Origin: a virus
Length of the DNA stretch: 64,000 nucleotides
IMG/VR virus record: IMGVR_UViG_3300050821_004255
Span: 1 to 64,000 of that record
Reading direction: 5' to 3' (one strand)
Within the stretch, counting starts at the first letter, position 1, and each line of letters opens with the position of its first letter. Position numbers and translations under genes: made by a program. Below are positions 9,924 through 18,276 of the stretch, one piece after another. A model generated the notes under the pieces. That model searched no databases, was not told the DNA's origin, and worked only from the letters and a program-made list of their open reading frames with translations.

Positions 9924-10295
9924 ATGAACACGCGCCGTGGCTTCCTCTCTTCTCTTCTGAGTGCCTGCACAGCGCTGATCGTTAGGCCGACAATGGCAGT
10001 GGCCACCGTGCCGAGGAACATCGCTTGGGACTATTTTGGTAACGTTGGCGCAGAGAAAGTCCTTACCGGGATTTTTATCGTGTGCCACCCGGTCAAGTCT
10101 CCCGTTCGGATATCGTTATCGGTGAGCGATCCTCCGAGGCAAATTGCGGAAGAAATTATAGACTGGCAGGCACCTTTTCCGAAGAACATCTTTTACATCT
10201 CCTGTCCTCCAACGGTCTGTCGCAACGTGCTCGTAACGTTCGAGTCGGCAACGCCATTCACAATTTATGAGTCGCATCTGACTGAGGCTTCGTAG
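9924..10295 (+). CDS. Tat-signal exported protein
   Basis: MNTRRGFLSSLLSACTALIVRPTMAVA twin-arginine motif; TGGACA-N17-GAGAAT-N7-ATG upstream. Confidence 0.6.
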   Translation: MNTRRGFLSSLLSACTALIVRPTMAVATVPRNIAWDYFGNVGAEKVLTGIFIVCHPVKSPVRISLSVSDPPRQIAEEIIDWQAPFPKNIFYISCPPTVCRNVLVTFESATPFTIYESHLTEAS

Positions 10296-10441
10296 TGAAA
10301 TACAAGATCCCCCGCTACTGTCCGATCTGCCAGCGAGGCCCGATCGCCAATCCAGGTGGCTACGTGAACCACGTCACGGCCTGCCGACGCAAGCGGACCT
10401 TAGGGATCATCAAAAGGCTGAGAAGGGCGCAACATGCCTGA
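10295..10441 (+). CDS. Small zinc-finger protein (48 aa, not in ORF track)
   Basis: GTG start; CPIC...H...C; overlaps both neighbours in coupled fashion. Confidence 0.45.
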   Translation: MKYKIPRYCPICQRGPIANPGGYVNHVTACRRKRTLGIIKRLRRAQHA

Positions 10442-10721
10442 ACTTGAAAAGCGGACTTACGTCTATGTCCAGAGGCCAGCTGAATACGAAATGGCTGGTT
10501 GCGAATGCGGGAACGATGATCCCGATTGGTCAGAATTCAAGGGCCATCTCTGGTGCCCAAAATGTCAGAAAGATTTTGTGCCTCAACATGGCGGCATTTT
10601 TGATGGACCTATTCCGGTGAACGCCATGCGCCTAATTGGCATCGACTTGCGGTCCTATAACCTGATAACCGGAATGATCGAAGAAGTTGACCAGCCGCAC
10701 CTGAAGGGTTTACTGGAATGA
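10434..10721 (+). CDS. Small zinc-ribbon protein
   Basis: CECG...WCPKC motifs. Confidence 0.6.
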   Translation: MPELEKRTYVYVQRPAEYEMAGCECGNDDPDWSEFKGHLWCPKCQKDFVPQHGGIFDGPIPVNAMRLIGIDLRSYNLITGMIEEVDQPHLKGLLE

Positions 10722-10724
10722 GTT

Positions 10725-10742
10725 ACGTCTGCATCCAGATGT
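10725..10742. repeat. 18-bp dispersed palindrome, copy 3
   Basis: ACGTCTGCATCCAGATGT at the convergence of two gene blocks. Confidence 0.9.
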
Positions 10743-10816
10743 ATATTTCAGTCATAACGGGCTCGAATGCTCGATCCTCCGCAGGAACCACGAGATGGAC
10801 CGTCCAGCCACTCCAG

Positions 10817-11038
10817 CTACTGGCGAAGGGCATTCCTGTAAGTCTCCTCCACATGCCGCACCGCCGAGAGTTTTTCGCGATTGTCGTCCAGCGCGGCCTG
10901 ATCCACGGAAAGCGAGACCACGGCATCATCGCTGACTCTGCGCACAGCGACATCGTTAGTGTCCGTTCGGGCGATATCGACCGTGCCGGTGAAGGCAACT
11001 GCGTAGGGCCAGCCGTCTATCCAGACGGTAAGGGTCAT
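10817..11038 (-). CDS. Small hypothetical protein
   Basis: ATGA-coupled to the upstream gene. Confidence 0.5.
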   Translation of the reverse strand: MTLTVWIDGWPYAVAFTGTVDIARTDTNDVAVRRVSDDAVVSLSVDQAALDDNREKLSAVRHVEETYRNALRQ

Positions 11039-11295
11039 ATTAGCGTGTAGCCTTCTTCGAAAGCCTTTGCGGGGCTAACGCTTTTGTAGCCATCGTCATA
11101 GACCACAAGATATTGACCGATAGACGGTTTGTGCCTCCGCATGAAATCGTCGTCAACTTCCATTGGCAAAAGATCTGGATCGGTGAAGGTCAGAATCCAG
11201 GCATCCTGGAATTGATCGACACCGGCATCAACGCCTGCGATCTTGGCTGCGCACACCTGTTTGTGGCACTTGTAACGTGGTAGTGGTTTGCTCAT
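11035..11295 (-). CDS. Conserved small phage protein (Y.CHK.V.A.KI / Y.V.Y.DGY.S.SP..AFEEGY family)
   Basis: Motifs LPRYKCHKQVCAAKI and GQYLVVYDDGYKSVSPAKAFEEGY; ATGA overlap at start. Confidence 0.7.
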   Translation of the reverse strand: MSKPLPRYKCHKQVCAAKIAGVDAGVDQFQDAWILTFTDPDLLPMEVDDDFMRRHKPSIGQYLVVYDDGYKSVSPAKAFEEGYTLI

Positions 11296-11501
11296 GATGT
11301 CCCTTTCGGAATCACGGCGATCCCGTAGCCCAATCGTCCAAGCTGGTGGCATAGGCCGACCACGGCATAGTCTGTGATGATTCCAATGCCCTCAATCCAG
11401 TCGCCAAACTGAACGGTCGATAGGTCTAGTTGCGGCAATTCGGCCTGAGTGGCGGCGGCGGCTGCGAGGGGTGTTGCGCGGCGAGAGTTCAGGTTGATCA
11501 T
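11292..11501 (-). CDS. Small hypothetical protein
   Basis: Start MINLNSRR with AAGGGG RBS and ATGA overlap. Confidence 0.55.
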   Translation of the reverse strand: MINLNSRRATPLAAAAATQAELPQLDLSTVQFGDWIEGIGIITDYAVVGLCHQLGRLGYGIAVIPKGTS

Positions 11502-11668
11502 GATGGTCCCCTTGAGATTGGCGTATCCCGGATCATTCTTCGAATAGCAGTCGAAAGATCCACACACCAAGCCGCCGCTATAGTTTCTAGTCTTTTGCGT
11601 TCGTCCTCATCGAGCTTTGCCCGAACGTCTTTACTTTTCAACTTCTTCTGTAGCGCCACTGTAGCCAT
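11498..11668 (-). CDS. Ribbon-helix-helix (CopG/Arc-like) protein, not in ORF track
   Basis: MATVALQKKLKSKDVRAKLDEDERKRLETIAAAWCVDLSTAIRRMIRDTPISRGPS; GTG at 11659 is an alternative leaderless start. Confidence 0.7.
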   Translation of the reverse strand: MATVALQKKLKSKDVRAKLDEDERKRLETIAAAWCVDLSTAIRRMIRDTPISRGPS

Positions 11669-11756
11669 TATAGCGCTAGGTCCGAGAACTAGTCAAGCAA
11701 TACTTCCGATTATAGGCAAAAAACATTTGACAACAAAAGGCTTAGGGGGTTACAAC
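11667..11756. promoter_or_regulatory. Divergent promoter region at the switch between leftward genes and the virion operon
   Basis: Leftward TTGACT-N18-TATAAT; rightward TTGACA(11727)-N18-TACAAC. Confidence 0.6.
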
Positions 11757-11780
11757 TTGATAGACAAGCGAGCGTAAATT

Positions 11781-12062
11781 ATGGCTGAAAAACAGATGAT
11801 TGGCAGCGAAGTCTCCATCGGCGGTGGGAACACAGAGAAAATGGACCGATTTGAATCGGGCACGATCTCCTTCGTTGGTGACATGCTGCCCCTTTCTAAA
11901 TCCAGCACGCCGTTCGGGCTGTTTACGGACCAGAGTATGGGAGAAATTCAGCGCGTGGGCGATGACGTAGGGACTTTGAAGCGCACTCCGCACCGTGGCT
12001 ACGAATCGGGCACGCCGATCAACGCTCAGGAAGAGCTACCGGACACGAAAGAAAGCTACTAA
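11781..12062 (+). CDS. Hypothetical protein
   Basis: First ORF of the rightward operon. Confidence 0.6.
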   Translation: MAEKQMIGSEVSIGGGNTEKMDRFESGTISFVGDMLPLSKSSTPFGLFTDQSMGEIQRVGDDVGTLKRTPHRGYESGTPINAQEELPDTKESY

Positions 12063-12065
12063 TCC

Positions 12066-12422
12066 ATGTCGCCTTCGCCAGCCGCGCCTCCGATTTCGCC
12101 TTCGATTGCAGCTCAGCAAGTGCCGCTGCACCAGTTTGCGCGAGCCGGGGCCGTTGGCGGTGGAAGCACGAATAGCGGCCAGGATTTAGCTAGTTCGATG
12201 GGCATGGTAGAAGCCAAGCTCACCAGCGTCGGAAACGATCTGGAGCAAGTCGCCAAAGTGCTGGTGATTGACAAGCCGGAACTGATTCCGGTCTTGAAAC
12301 AGGCCGTCAATGCGCTGTCCATGCTGATGAACGAAGTCCAGAAAAGCACGCAGCCGACGCAGGGCGCGGCGACCCAGGCGCAGCCGCTGCCGGCATCTGC
12401 GGCAGTGAGTGCGGCGGCATAA
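12066..12422 (+). CDS. Hypothetical protein (head-module, pre-scaffold)
   Basis: 118 aa, P/A/Q-rich with central helices; tight spacing. Confidence 0.6.
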   Translation: MSPSPAAPPISPSIAAQQVPLHQFARAGAVGGGSTNSGQDLASSMGMVEAKLTSVGNDLEQVAKVLVIDKPELIPVLKQAVNALSMLMNEVQKSTQPTQGAATQAQPLPASAAVSAAA

Positions 12423-12426
12423 AACC

Positions 12427-13320
12427 ATGGCGAATATTTTTGACACACTTTTGACTGAGATCGACGAGACGGATCGGGTGACGCTCAAGGAGATCGCCGA
12501 GCGGAACCCAAAACTGGCGAACTATATCGCCGATCCAGCGGACGTCAGCCAAGTTGAGCGCACCAAAACGTGGTACGCCAACAACTGGGATTTTGAGCAC
12601 AACTGCACCAAAGAAGAACACGCACGCCAGCTTCGAATCGACGCGCTACAAGCGCAAGTCGCGGCGGCGGGAGAAAAGGAAATGACCCTCGAACAACTCA
12701 ATCAATTCTTGGATGACCGCGCCAAAGACGGCAAAGTCGTGAGCGCCGCGACGATGAAAGAAGAGATCAATAACATCGTCAAGGCCAAGGAGACAGAGTT
12801 CAACTACGGCATGAACCGTGTGGCCGCGCTAGCAACGGTGGTCCCGTACTTGAACCAACTCCACCAGCGTGACCTGGGCGAATTGTTCGATCCGGAAGAC
12901 CTGCTGACGAAGGCCAACGCCGAGTACCAGGAGCGTCTGAAAGTCGATCCAAACGCTCAGCCGCGCGATCTGAAAGACTTCTATCTGAACAGCTACAGCG
13001 CAACGGCCCGAGCCGAGAAGGCTACGGCAAAAGCCGCAGCCGACAAGGTCGCGCACGATGCCGAGTTGACCGCCGCCCGCGAAGAGGGCCGGAAAGCCGC
13101 ACTACAGGACCAAGCCGGCCAGACGAGAGCCATGCCATCGGCCGATAGCGGCTCGGACATCGGCTATCTCCAGATGAAGCTCATGAACAAGGGCACGGAA
13201 GTGCCCGCAGTCGGCGAAGTGAAAGCGGACGTATCGAAAGTGGACATCGGGCGCGGCAGCATCGCGGCCATTCGGGCGGCCGAGGGTGATCGGCGCGAGA
13301 TTCAGGGGAATGCAGCGTAG
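12427..13320 (+). CDS. Putative capsid scaffolding protein
   Basis: Highly helical, charged, high-expression codon style, upstream of the capsid gene. Confidence 0.6.
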   Translation: MANIFDTLLTEIDETDRVTLKEIAERNPKLANYIADPADVSQVERTKTWYANNWDFEHNCTKEEHARQLRIDALQAQVAAAGEKEMTLEQLNQFLDDRAKDGKVVSAATMKEEINNIVKAKETEFNYGMNRVAALATVVPYLNQLHQRDLGELFDPEDLLTKANAEYQERLKVDPNAQPRDLKDFYLNSYSATARAEKATAKAAADKVAHDAELTAAREEGRKAALQDQAGQTRAMPSADSGSDIGYLQMKLMNKGTEVPAVGEVKADVSKVDIGRGSIAAIRAAEGDRREIQGNAA

Positions 13321-13328
13321 GGCAAATG

Positions 13329-14324
13329 CTAACTGACCAGACCAATACCGTTGTGCTTGGCGAGATAGGCAATAGCCCGAAGCAAAATTGCGGGATTGTC
13401 CCGGCAATTGCCCATGAGGTGATTGCAAGCCGTGCAGAGCAGGCCCCGGATCTTTCCAGTGATGTGGTCGTGGTCAATGTGCAGCCAACCGTGTCCATGA
13501 TTGGCTCCCGAGTCAATGCTCCCGCAGTTGGCGCATTCTCCGTTCTGGGCGACGAGCATGGCCTCATAGACCTCAAGCGTAATCCCGTAACAGTGAAGCA
13601 AATTTCGGGACCTTTGCTGGCGCTTTTCATCGCGTCCAACAAATGCCGTACGCAACTTTTCCATGTTCGTGAGAACGACCATTCCTTCGTGCAGTTGCCC
13701 GATGGTATGTCCGGTAAAAGGCTTTTTGGCGCAACGCGATTTGTGATTCAGCATTTGCTGATGATTAAACAACTCGCCGCAGTGCGGACATGGCTTCAGA
13801 ACCCAGCGACCTGGGCGCAGTTTGGGCTTCTCGGCAATCATGACATCGCCGGTCAGCAAGCGCCGTCTGTACTCGTGATAGTTAGCGAGTCCGCATGCTT
13901 TGCACCAATGCTTGTTGGGGCTTCCAAAATCAACGGGCTGCTTGATGACTTGGCAGCGAGTGCAAATATGCTCACCTTCCGCCAAGGGGCGAATGCTGGG
14001 GCATCCTTCCCGAAAGTGAAGGGCGAGACGCTTTCTGCTAACTGCCTCGTTGCAAAACGCACAGATGGCGACCTTGGACAGGGCCGGCGAAAATTCTGTG
14101 ATCCGACTCTTACAGGGAGAACAAACATGACTCAGCCCACCGGGGAGCGCGGCACGGTCAGTAAATTCAGAAAGTCCCCGAACGGTCTGGCATCGGGAGC
14201 AGATTTTTTCAGTGATGATGGTTTTCGGCGCGAGTGCGCAATTGTTACGCCAGTGAGCCTGAATGAACCTGCGCGTCACGGTCTCACTACAAAACGTACA
14301 ACTCGTCTTGTCGCTAGCTGCCAT
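13329..14324 (-). CDS. Endonuclease VII-family homing endonuclease with N-terminal zinc fingers
   Basis: YGITLEVYEAMLVAQNGECANC...LHIDHDHITGKIRGLLCTACNHLMG...DN; several CxxC...HxxxC fingers. Confidence 0.9.
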   Translation of the reverse strand: MAASDKTSCTFCSETVTRRFIQAHWRNNCALAPKTIITEKICSRCQTVRGLSEFTDRAALPGGLSHVCSPCKSRITEFSPALSKVAICAFCNEAVSRKRLALHFREGCPSIRPLAEGEHICTRCQVIKQPVDFGSPNKHWCKACGLANYHEYRRRLLTGDVMIAEKPKLRPGRWVLKPCPHCGELFNHQQMLNHKSRCAKKPFTGHTIGQLHEGMVVLTNMEKLRTAFVGRDEKRQQRSRNLLHCYGITLEVYEAMLVAQNGECANCGSIDSGANHGHGWLHIDHDHITGKIRGLLCTACNHLMGNCRDNPAILLRAIAYLAKHNGIGLVS

Positions 14325-14482
14325 TATTCCTCCATCTTCGGAATCTTTGCTTCAATTATCAATCGTCGAACAGCACCCGAGAGCGTCATGGACCATGTTC
14401 CGGCGATACGTTCCAGTTTGTCGCGGACGGGCTTTTCGATGCGCAATATGATCTGCTGGTCTTTCGGCAATCTCCCATCCAT
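14324..14482 (-). CDS. Ribbon-helix-helix protein, not in ORF track
   Basis: MDGRLPKDQQIILRIEKPVRDKLERIAGTWSMTLSGAVRRLIIEAKIPKMEE; TAATG-coupled to the endonuclease; paralogue of 11498-11668. Confidence 0.7.
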   Translation of the reverse strand: MDGRLPKDQQIILRIEKPVRDKLERIAGTWSMTLSGAVRRLIIEAKIPKMEE

Positions 14483-14493
14483 AAGTAATTACA

Positions 14494-14522
14494 AATGTAC
14501 CATGGCACTGGCCGCATGTCAA
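14494..14522 (-). promoter_or_regulatory. Sigma70-type promoter of the RHH-endonuclease cassette
   Basis: TTGACA-N17-TACATT. Confidence 0.65.
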
Positions 14523-14595
14523 GCGGTAATGCAAAAAATTTCAGAAAAAGGAGAAATACTTACGCTAGCCACCGTGCCTGCGTAAGTGCTTGATT

Positions 14596-15669
14596 ATGTT
14601 GGCTTTAGCAGAACTTAATGCGTACACAACTGACGATATCGTCCCTAAGGCAACGGACGTCATATTCAAAAAGTCGCCACTGCTCGTGAGAATGTTGAGT
14701 CGCAATACCGTTAATTTCGATGGCGGTATGCACATCCTCAGACCACTAGTTTATGCCGAACTTTTTGGCGGGTTTTTCAGTAAGGGCGATACCCTCAATA
14801 TTTCATACGCCCAGACCGATACCGCCTTCTCCGTAACTCCGAAGTACGCCTACTGTTCGATATTCCTGCCCGGCACCGACGACGTTCTGAACCGTGGCCG
14901 GCATGCGGCGTTCTCGCAGGTGGAACTGAAGTTCGCCAACGCGAGTGCGAAGATGGCGAAGATCCTGGCCACCGGCATCTATCAGGACGGGCAGACGGCG
15001 TCCGGCACGGGCGTGCTGTCGCCGAGTTCTTCGATTGACGGGCTGCTGGCTTGGATCGATGACGGCAATTCATCGGGATCGTACACTACCTCGGCGAACA
15101 GCGACAAGAGCTTTCTGGCGGTCGGCGGCATCACCAGGAATGACCTGTTCGTGACGCCTCCGGTGTTCACCGGTGCGACGACGCCCAACGCAGCGGGCGT
15201 CCAGGGCGCGAACTCCTATGTCAATCGGGCCTGGAGTTCATTCTCGCTCCAGGATATCCAGACGGCGTTCGGGTTTGCGTGGTTTGGAAACGACTTTCCA
15301 GACCTGATCGTGACCACCCAATCCGGATTCAACAAGATCTGGAATGCGACCCAACCCAACCAGCGGTACATGGATTCGACCGGCGACATGGCCGATGTCG
15401 GCTTCAAGAGCTTCCGGTTCAACGGCGTGGCCGAAGTCGTCGTGGACAAGTACATTCCGAGCGACGGCACCAACGGCGTAATGTTCCTGCTGAACACCCG
15501 CTACATCGAGTTCTACATCACGACCAACAAGAAATTCCAGTTCGGCTTCACCGGCTTCAAAGACGCTCAGAATACGATCGATCTGGCCGGCCAGTACCTC
15601 TGGGCGGGGAACGTGATCTGCGCCAACCCACGCACGAGCGCAAAGCTCGTGGGCACGAGCATCCTGTAA
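14596..15669 (+). CDS. Major capsid protein (HK97-fold type)
   Basis: Size, position after scaffold, strong codon bias, motif PDLIVTT...QPNQRY...ADVGFKSFRFNG..VVVDKYIP...MFLLNT typical of a widespread capsid family. Confidence 0.85.
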   Translation: MLALAELNAYTTDDIVPKATDVIFKKSPLLVRMLSRNTVNFDGGMHILRPLVYAELFGGFFSKGDTLNISYAQTDTAFSVTPKYAYCSIFLPGTDDVLNRGRHAAFSQVELKFANASAKMAKILATGIYQDGQTASGTGVLSPSSSIDGLLAWIDDGNSSGSYTTSANSDKSFLAVGGITRNDLFVTPPVFTGATTPNAAGVQGANSYVNRAWSSFSLQDIQTAFGFAWFGNDFPDLIVTTQSGFNKIWNATQPNQRYMDSTGDMADVGFKSFRFNGVAEVVVDKYIPSDGTNGVMFLLNTRYIEFYITTNKKFQFGFTGFKDAQNTIDLAGQYLWAGNVICANPRTSAKLVGTSIL

Positions 15670-15690
15670 GTAAGCGAAAGGAGACATGTT

Positions 15691-16155
15691 ATGGCAATAA
15701 TGCAAGTAGGCAACGCAGCGGCCCCGCCGAATGATTCGAGTCTGTCGTGGCAGTTGGGCGACATCATGTGGAATAACGCCCCGACAGCCAATCAGCCAGT
15801 AGGCTGGATCTGCACCACCGCTGGACCAGGAGCGACTGCCAACTTCACTGCGTTTGGCAAAGTCGGCGGTGTGACGGCTCAGACCACAACGGCGACGTCG
15901 GGAACATTGAGCGCGGGGCAAAGTTCGATCTTTTTGAATCCGGCCTCGACGGGCACTTACTCGTTGCCGAACGTGACGAGTTACCCGGCCGGCGCAGATC
16001 TGTTCATCAAGAACATTGCTTCGGGCTCCGTCACACTGACGCCGTTGGCGGCGAACAGCTACGAAGCCACTAGTATCGCGGCGATTACGCTGACGCAAAA
16101 TCAAGCGGTGACACTTGAGAGTGCGGGAACAACTGTTTGGTACAAAAGGGCTTAA
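15691..16155 (+). CDS. Putative capsid decoration/head fibre protein
   Basis: Directly after capsid gene with AAAGGAG RBS; GDIMWNNAP...GWICTTAG module. Confidence 0.65.
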   Translation: MAIMQVGNAAAPPNDSSLSWQLGDIMWNNAPTANQPVGWICTTAGPGATANFTAFGKVGGVTAQTTTATSGTLSAGQSSIFLNPASTGTYSLPNVTSYPAGADLFIKNIASGSVTLTPLAANSYEATSIAAITLTQNQAVTLESAGTTVWYKRA

Positions 16156-16192
16156 CCAAGTTTTCTCCGGCAGCAGTCCTGTTCGTGCGATG

Positions 16193-16230
16193 GCTCTGGC
16201 CGGGTAGCGGTATCCGGCCAGAGCGTTTTA
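16193..16230 (+). terminator. Hairpin, probable intrinsic terminator/attenuator
   Basis: GCTCTGGCCGGGTA-gcgg-TATCCGGCCAGAGC followed by GTTTTA. Confidence 0.6.
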
Positions 16231-16243
16231 GGAGACACAGATC

Positions 16244-16891
16244 ATGGCTTTAGACGAATTCAGTATAATGCCGTTTGGCGATGGGAAGCCGCGCTGGTTC
16301 AAAGGCACAGCTACGCCTACGGCCGGGACGTTCAATACCGGCGACATCATCTTCAACTCGTCTCCGACCGGAGTCGGCCCATCTCACTGGCTTTGCAGTG
16401 CGGGCGGCACGACTGGCGGAACATGGATAGCAGACGCGCTAACAACTCAAGCGGCGGCGGCTCCTAACGACGGCGTCACGGTCTATGCTGTTGGCGATAT
16501 CGTCTGGAATAACGCGCCGATAGCCAACTCCCCATCCGGCTGGGTGTGCATCACCGCTGGGGTGGCAGTTTCCGCAAACTTCCTGCCATTTGGGCAAACG
16601 AATCTTCTGAACCAGCAGACGACCACGGCAACAAGCGGTACACTCTCGTCGGCCTTCAGTTCGATCATTCTGAATCCAGCCTCGACCGGGACATACTCGT
16701 TGCCGAACGTCACGGCCTACGGAGCGGGATCGTCGCTCTTCCTGAAGAACATCGCTAGCGGCTCCGTGACACTTACGCCTCTTGCCGCCAACAACTACGA
16801 AGCGACGAGCATTGCGGCGATCACGCTGGCGCAGAATGCCGCCGTCACGCTCCGGTCGATGGGGACGACGACATGGCTCAAGATGGCATAG
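16244..16891 (+). CDS. Decoration/head fibre paralogue
   Basis: Two GDI.(F/W)N..P....W.C modules plus a C-terminal domain closely similar to 15691-16155. Confidence 0.65.
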   Translation: MALDEFSIMPFGDGKPRWFKGTATPTAGTFNTGDIIFNSSPTGVGPSHWLCSAGGTTGGTWIADALTTQAAAAPNDGVTVYAVGDIVWNNAPIANSPSGWVCITAGVAVSANFLPFGQTNLLNQQTTTATSGTLSSAFSSIILNPASTGTYSLPNVTAYGAGSSLFLKNIASGSVTLTPLAANNYEATSIAAITLAQNAAVTLRSMGTTTWLKMA

Positions 16892-16895
16892 AGCT

Positions 16896-16913
16896 ACATC
16901 TGGATCAAGACGT
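16896..16913. repeat. 18-bp dispersed palindrome, copy 4
   Basis: ACATCTGGATCAAGACGT filling most of a 27-bp intergenic gap. Confidence 0.95.
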
Positions 16914-16918
16914 GACTT

Positions 16919-17230
16919 ATGAGTGACATGAAGATCCGCAAGCAGCGAAGCCCGGAAGACATGTTGTCGGACAATGCCGGGAAGTTCTTCAGCCCGCCTA
17001 CGGTTATGTACGATGCGGCCTGTGGCGCGGAAGATGCTGAGCATGGGCGGGAAAGCCCCTACGGAGGAGCGGCGCAGAGCTATCCAGGTGGACCTAGCGA
17101 GTATTACGAGCACAAGCGCCGGTTCTCGAAGCAATTCTTGTCGCATCAGGGGAGTTCGACGCTCTCAAGAGATGAGGGCGATTTCGATTACATCGGCGGG
17201 GTGCCGAAGAGACTACTCAACGGAAAGTGA
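16919..17230 (+). CDS. Hypothetical protein
   Basis: 103-aa ORF in operon. Confidence 0.55.
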   Translation: MSDMKIRKQRSPEDMLSDNAGKFFSPPTVMYDAACGAEDAEHGRESPYGGAAQSYPGGPSEYYEHKRRFSKQFLSHQGSSTLSRDEGDFDYIGGVPKRLLNGK

Positions 17231-17233
17231 ACT

Positions 17234-17380
17234 ATGAGCTTCAAGAAAGTTCAAAAGAAGATCGAGTCAGAGGGCTACAGTAAGGAATCTGCCGGCGCTA
17301 TTCTGGCGAATGCCTCACGCCATGCCAGTGAAGCAGCCAAGGAGAAGAATCCAAAGCTCAATCGCGTAAAGGGGAAGTAA
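17234..17380 (+). CDS. Small basic protein (48 aa, not in ORF track)
   Basis: MSFKKVQKKIESEGYSKESAGAILANASRHASEAAKEKNPKLNRVKGK; fills the gap between neighbours. Confidence 0.6.
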   Translation: MSFKKVQKKIESEGYSKESAGAILANASRHASEAAKEKNPKLNRVKGK

Positions 17381-17383
17381 GCT

Positions 17384-17551
17384 ATGCCATGGTCTCCGAC
17401 TGATGGACCGGCGAGACACACCAAGAAGGCTGACACGCCGGTAGCCAAACGGCAATGGAGCGACGTCGCCAATAGCGTCCTAAAGAAGACTGGTAACGAA
17501 GCCAGCGCAATACGGCAGGCGAACGCCGTGGTAGCGCGGCGAAAGAAGTAA
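17384..17551 (+). CDS. ChaB-like small protein (55 aa, not in ORF track)
   Basis: MPWSPTD...KRQWSDVANSVLKKTGNEASAIRQANAVV pattern. Confidence 0.55.
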   Translation: MPWSPTDGPARHTKKADTPVAKRQWSDVANSVLKKTGNEASAIRQANAVVARRKK

Positions 17552-17552
17552 T

Positions 17553-17756
17553 ATGGTAGACCAACTCCTTGGTTTCTTGATTGCGATCCTGATCTTCGCG
17601 ATTATCGCGTATGCGATGTATTGGGTCTGTACGCATTTCTTCCCCAATTTCCCACCGGCACTGTGGATTTGCGGCGTCATTCTTCTGATCCTCATTGTAG
17701 CTGCCGTTGGCGGCAAGCTCGGCGGAATAGCTCTGCCGCTTGGCCGTCATCCCTAA
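17553..17756 (+). CDS. Small two-TM membrane protein (holin candidate)
   Basis: Two hydrophobic helices. Confidence 0.6.
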   Translation: MVDQLLGFLIAILIFAIIAYAMYWVCTHFFPNFPPALWICGVILLILIVAAVGGKLGGIALPLGRHP

Positions 17757-17785
17757 GTCCTTTCAGGTGATCCATGGAGAGATTT

Positions 17786-17932
17786 ATGTGGATTGCCGGA
17801 GCATTCATCTTCATCTTCGCAGCAATTATTCTCTATTTAGGCCGTAAGACGAGGCTAGGTGAAGAAGAGCAAGCCCGCCAGTTCCGGCAACGCCTAGATG
17901 ATTACCACGACGACGAGGACTTGCACCAATGA
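17786..17932 (+). CDS. Small single-TM protein (48 aa, not in ORF track)
   Basis: MWIAGAFIFIFAAIILYLG..., GGAGAG RBS, ATGA overlap with next gene. Confidence 0.5.
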   Translation: MWIAGAFIFIFAAIILYLGRKTRLGEEEQARQFRQRLDDYHDDEDLHQ

Positions 17933-18273
17933 TTAACTGGTTCGAGTGGGGAGCATGGCTGAACGGATTGATCGCGGCTGCTATTGGCGGCGGCGCACAG
18001 GGCGTCGTTACGGCGCTCGGCCTGAACGCAAGCGATCCCGCTCACTTCAACGCGCAAACGGGAGCATTTTGGCGTCAAGTGGTCTATGCCTTCGCTGTTG
18101 GTGCGGCCATATCGTTTTTTATGTATATCGCAAAGAACAGAGTGCCTGAGGTCTTCACAACCAAGGTCATCGGCACGAAGACAGTCGTCGCACCATCCGG
18201 GGAAACTACAACTACGGTTGTACAGAAGGAAACCACGGTTGAAGCGCCAGTAAAGGTGGACGAGGCGAAGTGA
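17929..18273 (+). CDS. Two-TM membrane protein (holin candidate)
   Basis: Two hydrophobic segments and a polar tail; GAGGA RBS. Confidence 0.6.
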   Translation: MINWFEWGAWLNGLIAAAIGGGAQGVVTALGLNASDPAHFNAQTGAFWRQVVYAFAVGAAISFFMYIAKNRVPEVFTTKVIGTKTVVAPSGETTTTVVQKETTVEAPVKVDEAK

Positions 18274-18276
18274 CGG

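Noticed and set aside
14352-14534. 60-aa tracked ORF upstream of the endonuclease
   Set aside because: Overlaps the promoter and the better-supported RHH ORF in another frame.
13326-14585. 419-aa + strand ORF
   Set aside because: Antisense shadow of the clearly recognisable endonuclease and RHH genes; no protein-like motifs.
13321-14595. Intron or intein splitting the capsid gene
   Set aside because: The capsid ORF appears to have its own N-terminus and the endonuclease is antisense with its own promoter; no splice features seen.
15691-16891. Diversity-generating retroelement template/variable repeats
   Set aside because: Differences are not adenine-specific, both copies are full genes, and no reverse transcriptase is present.
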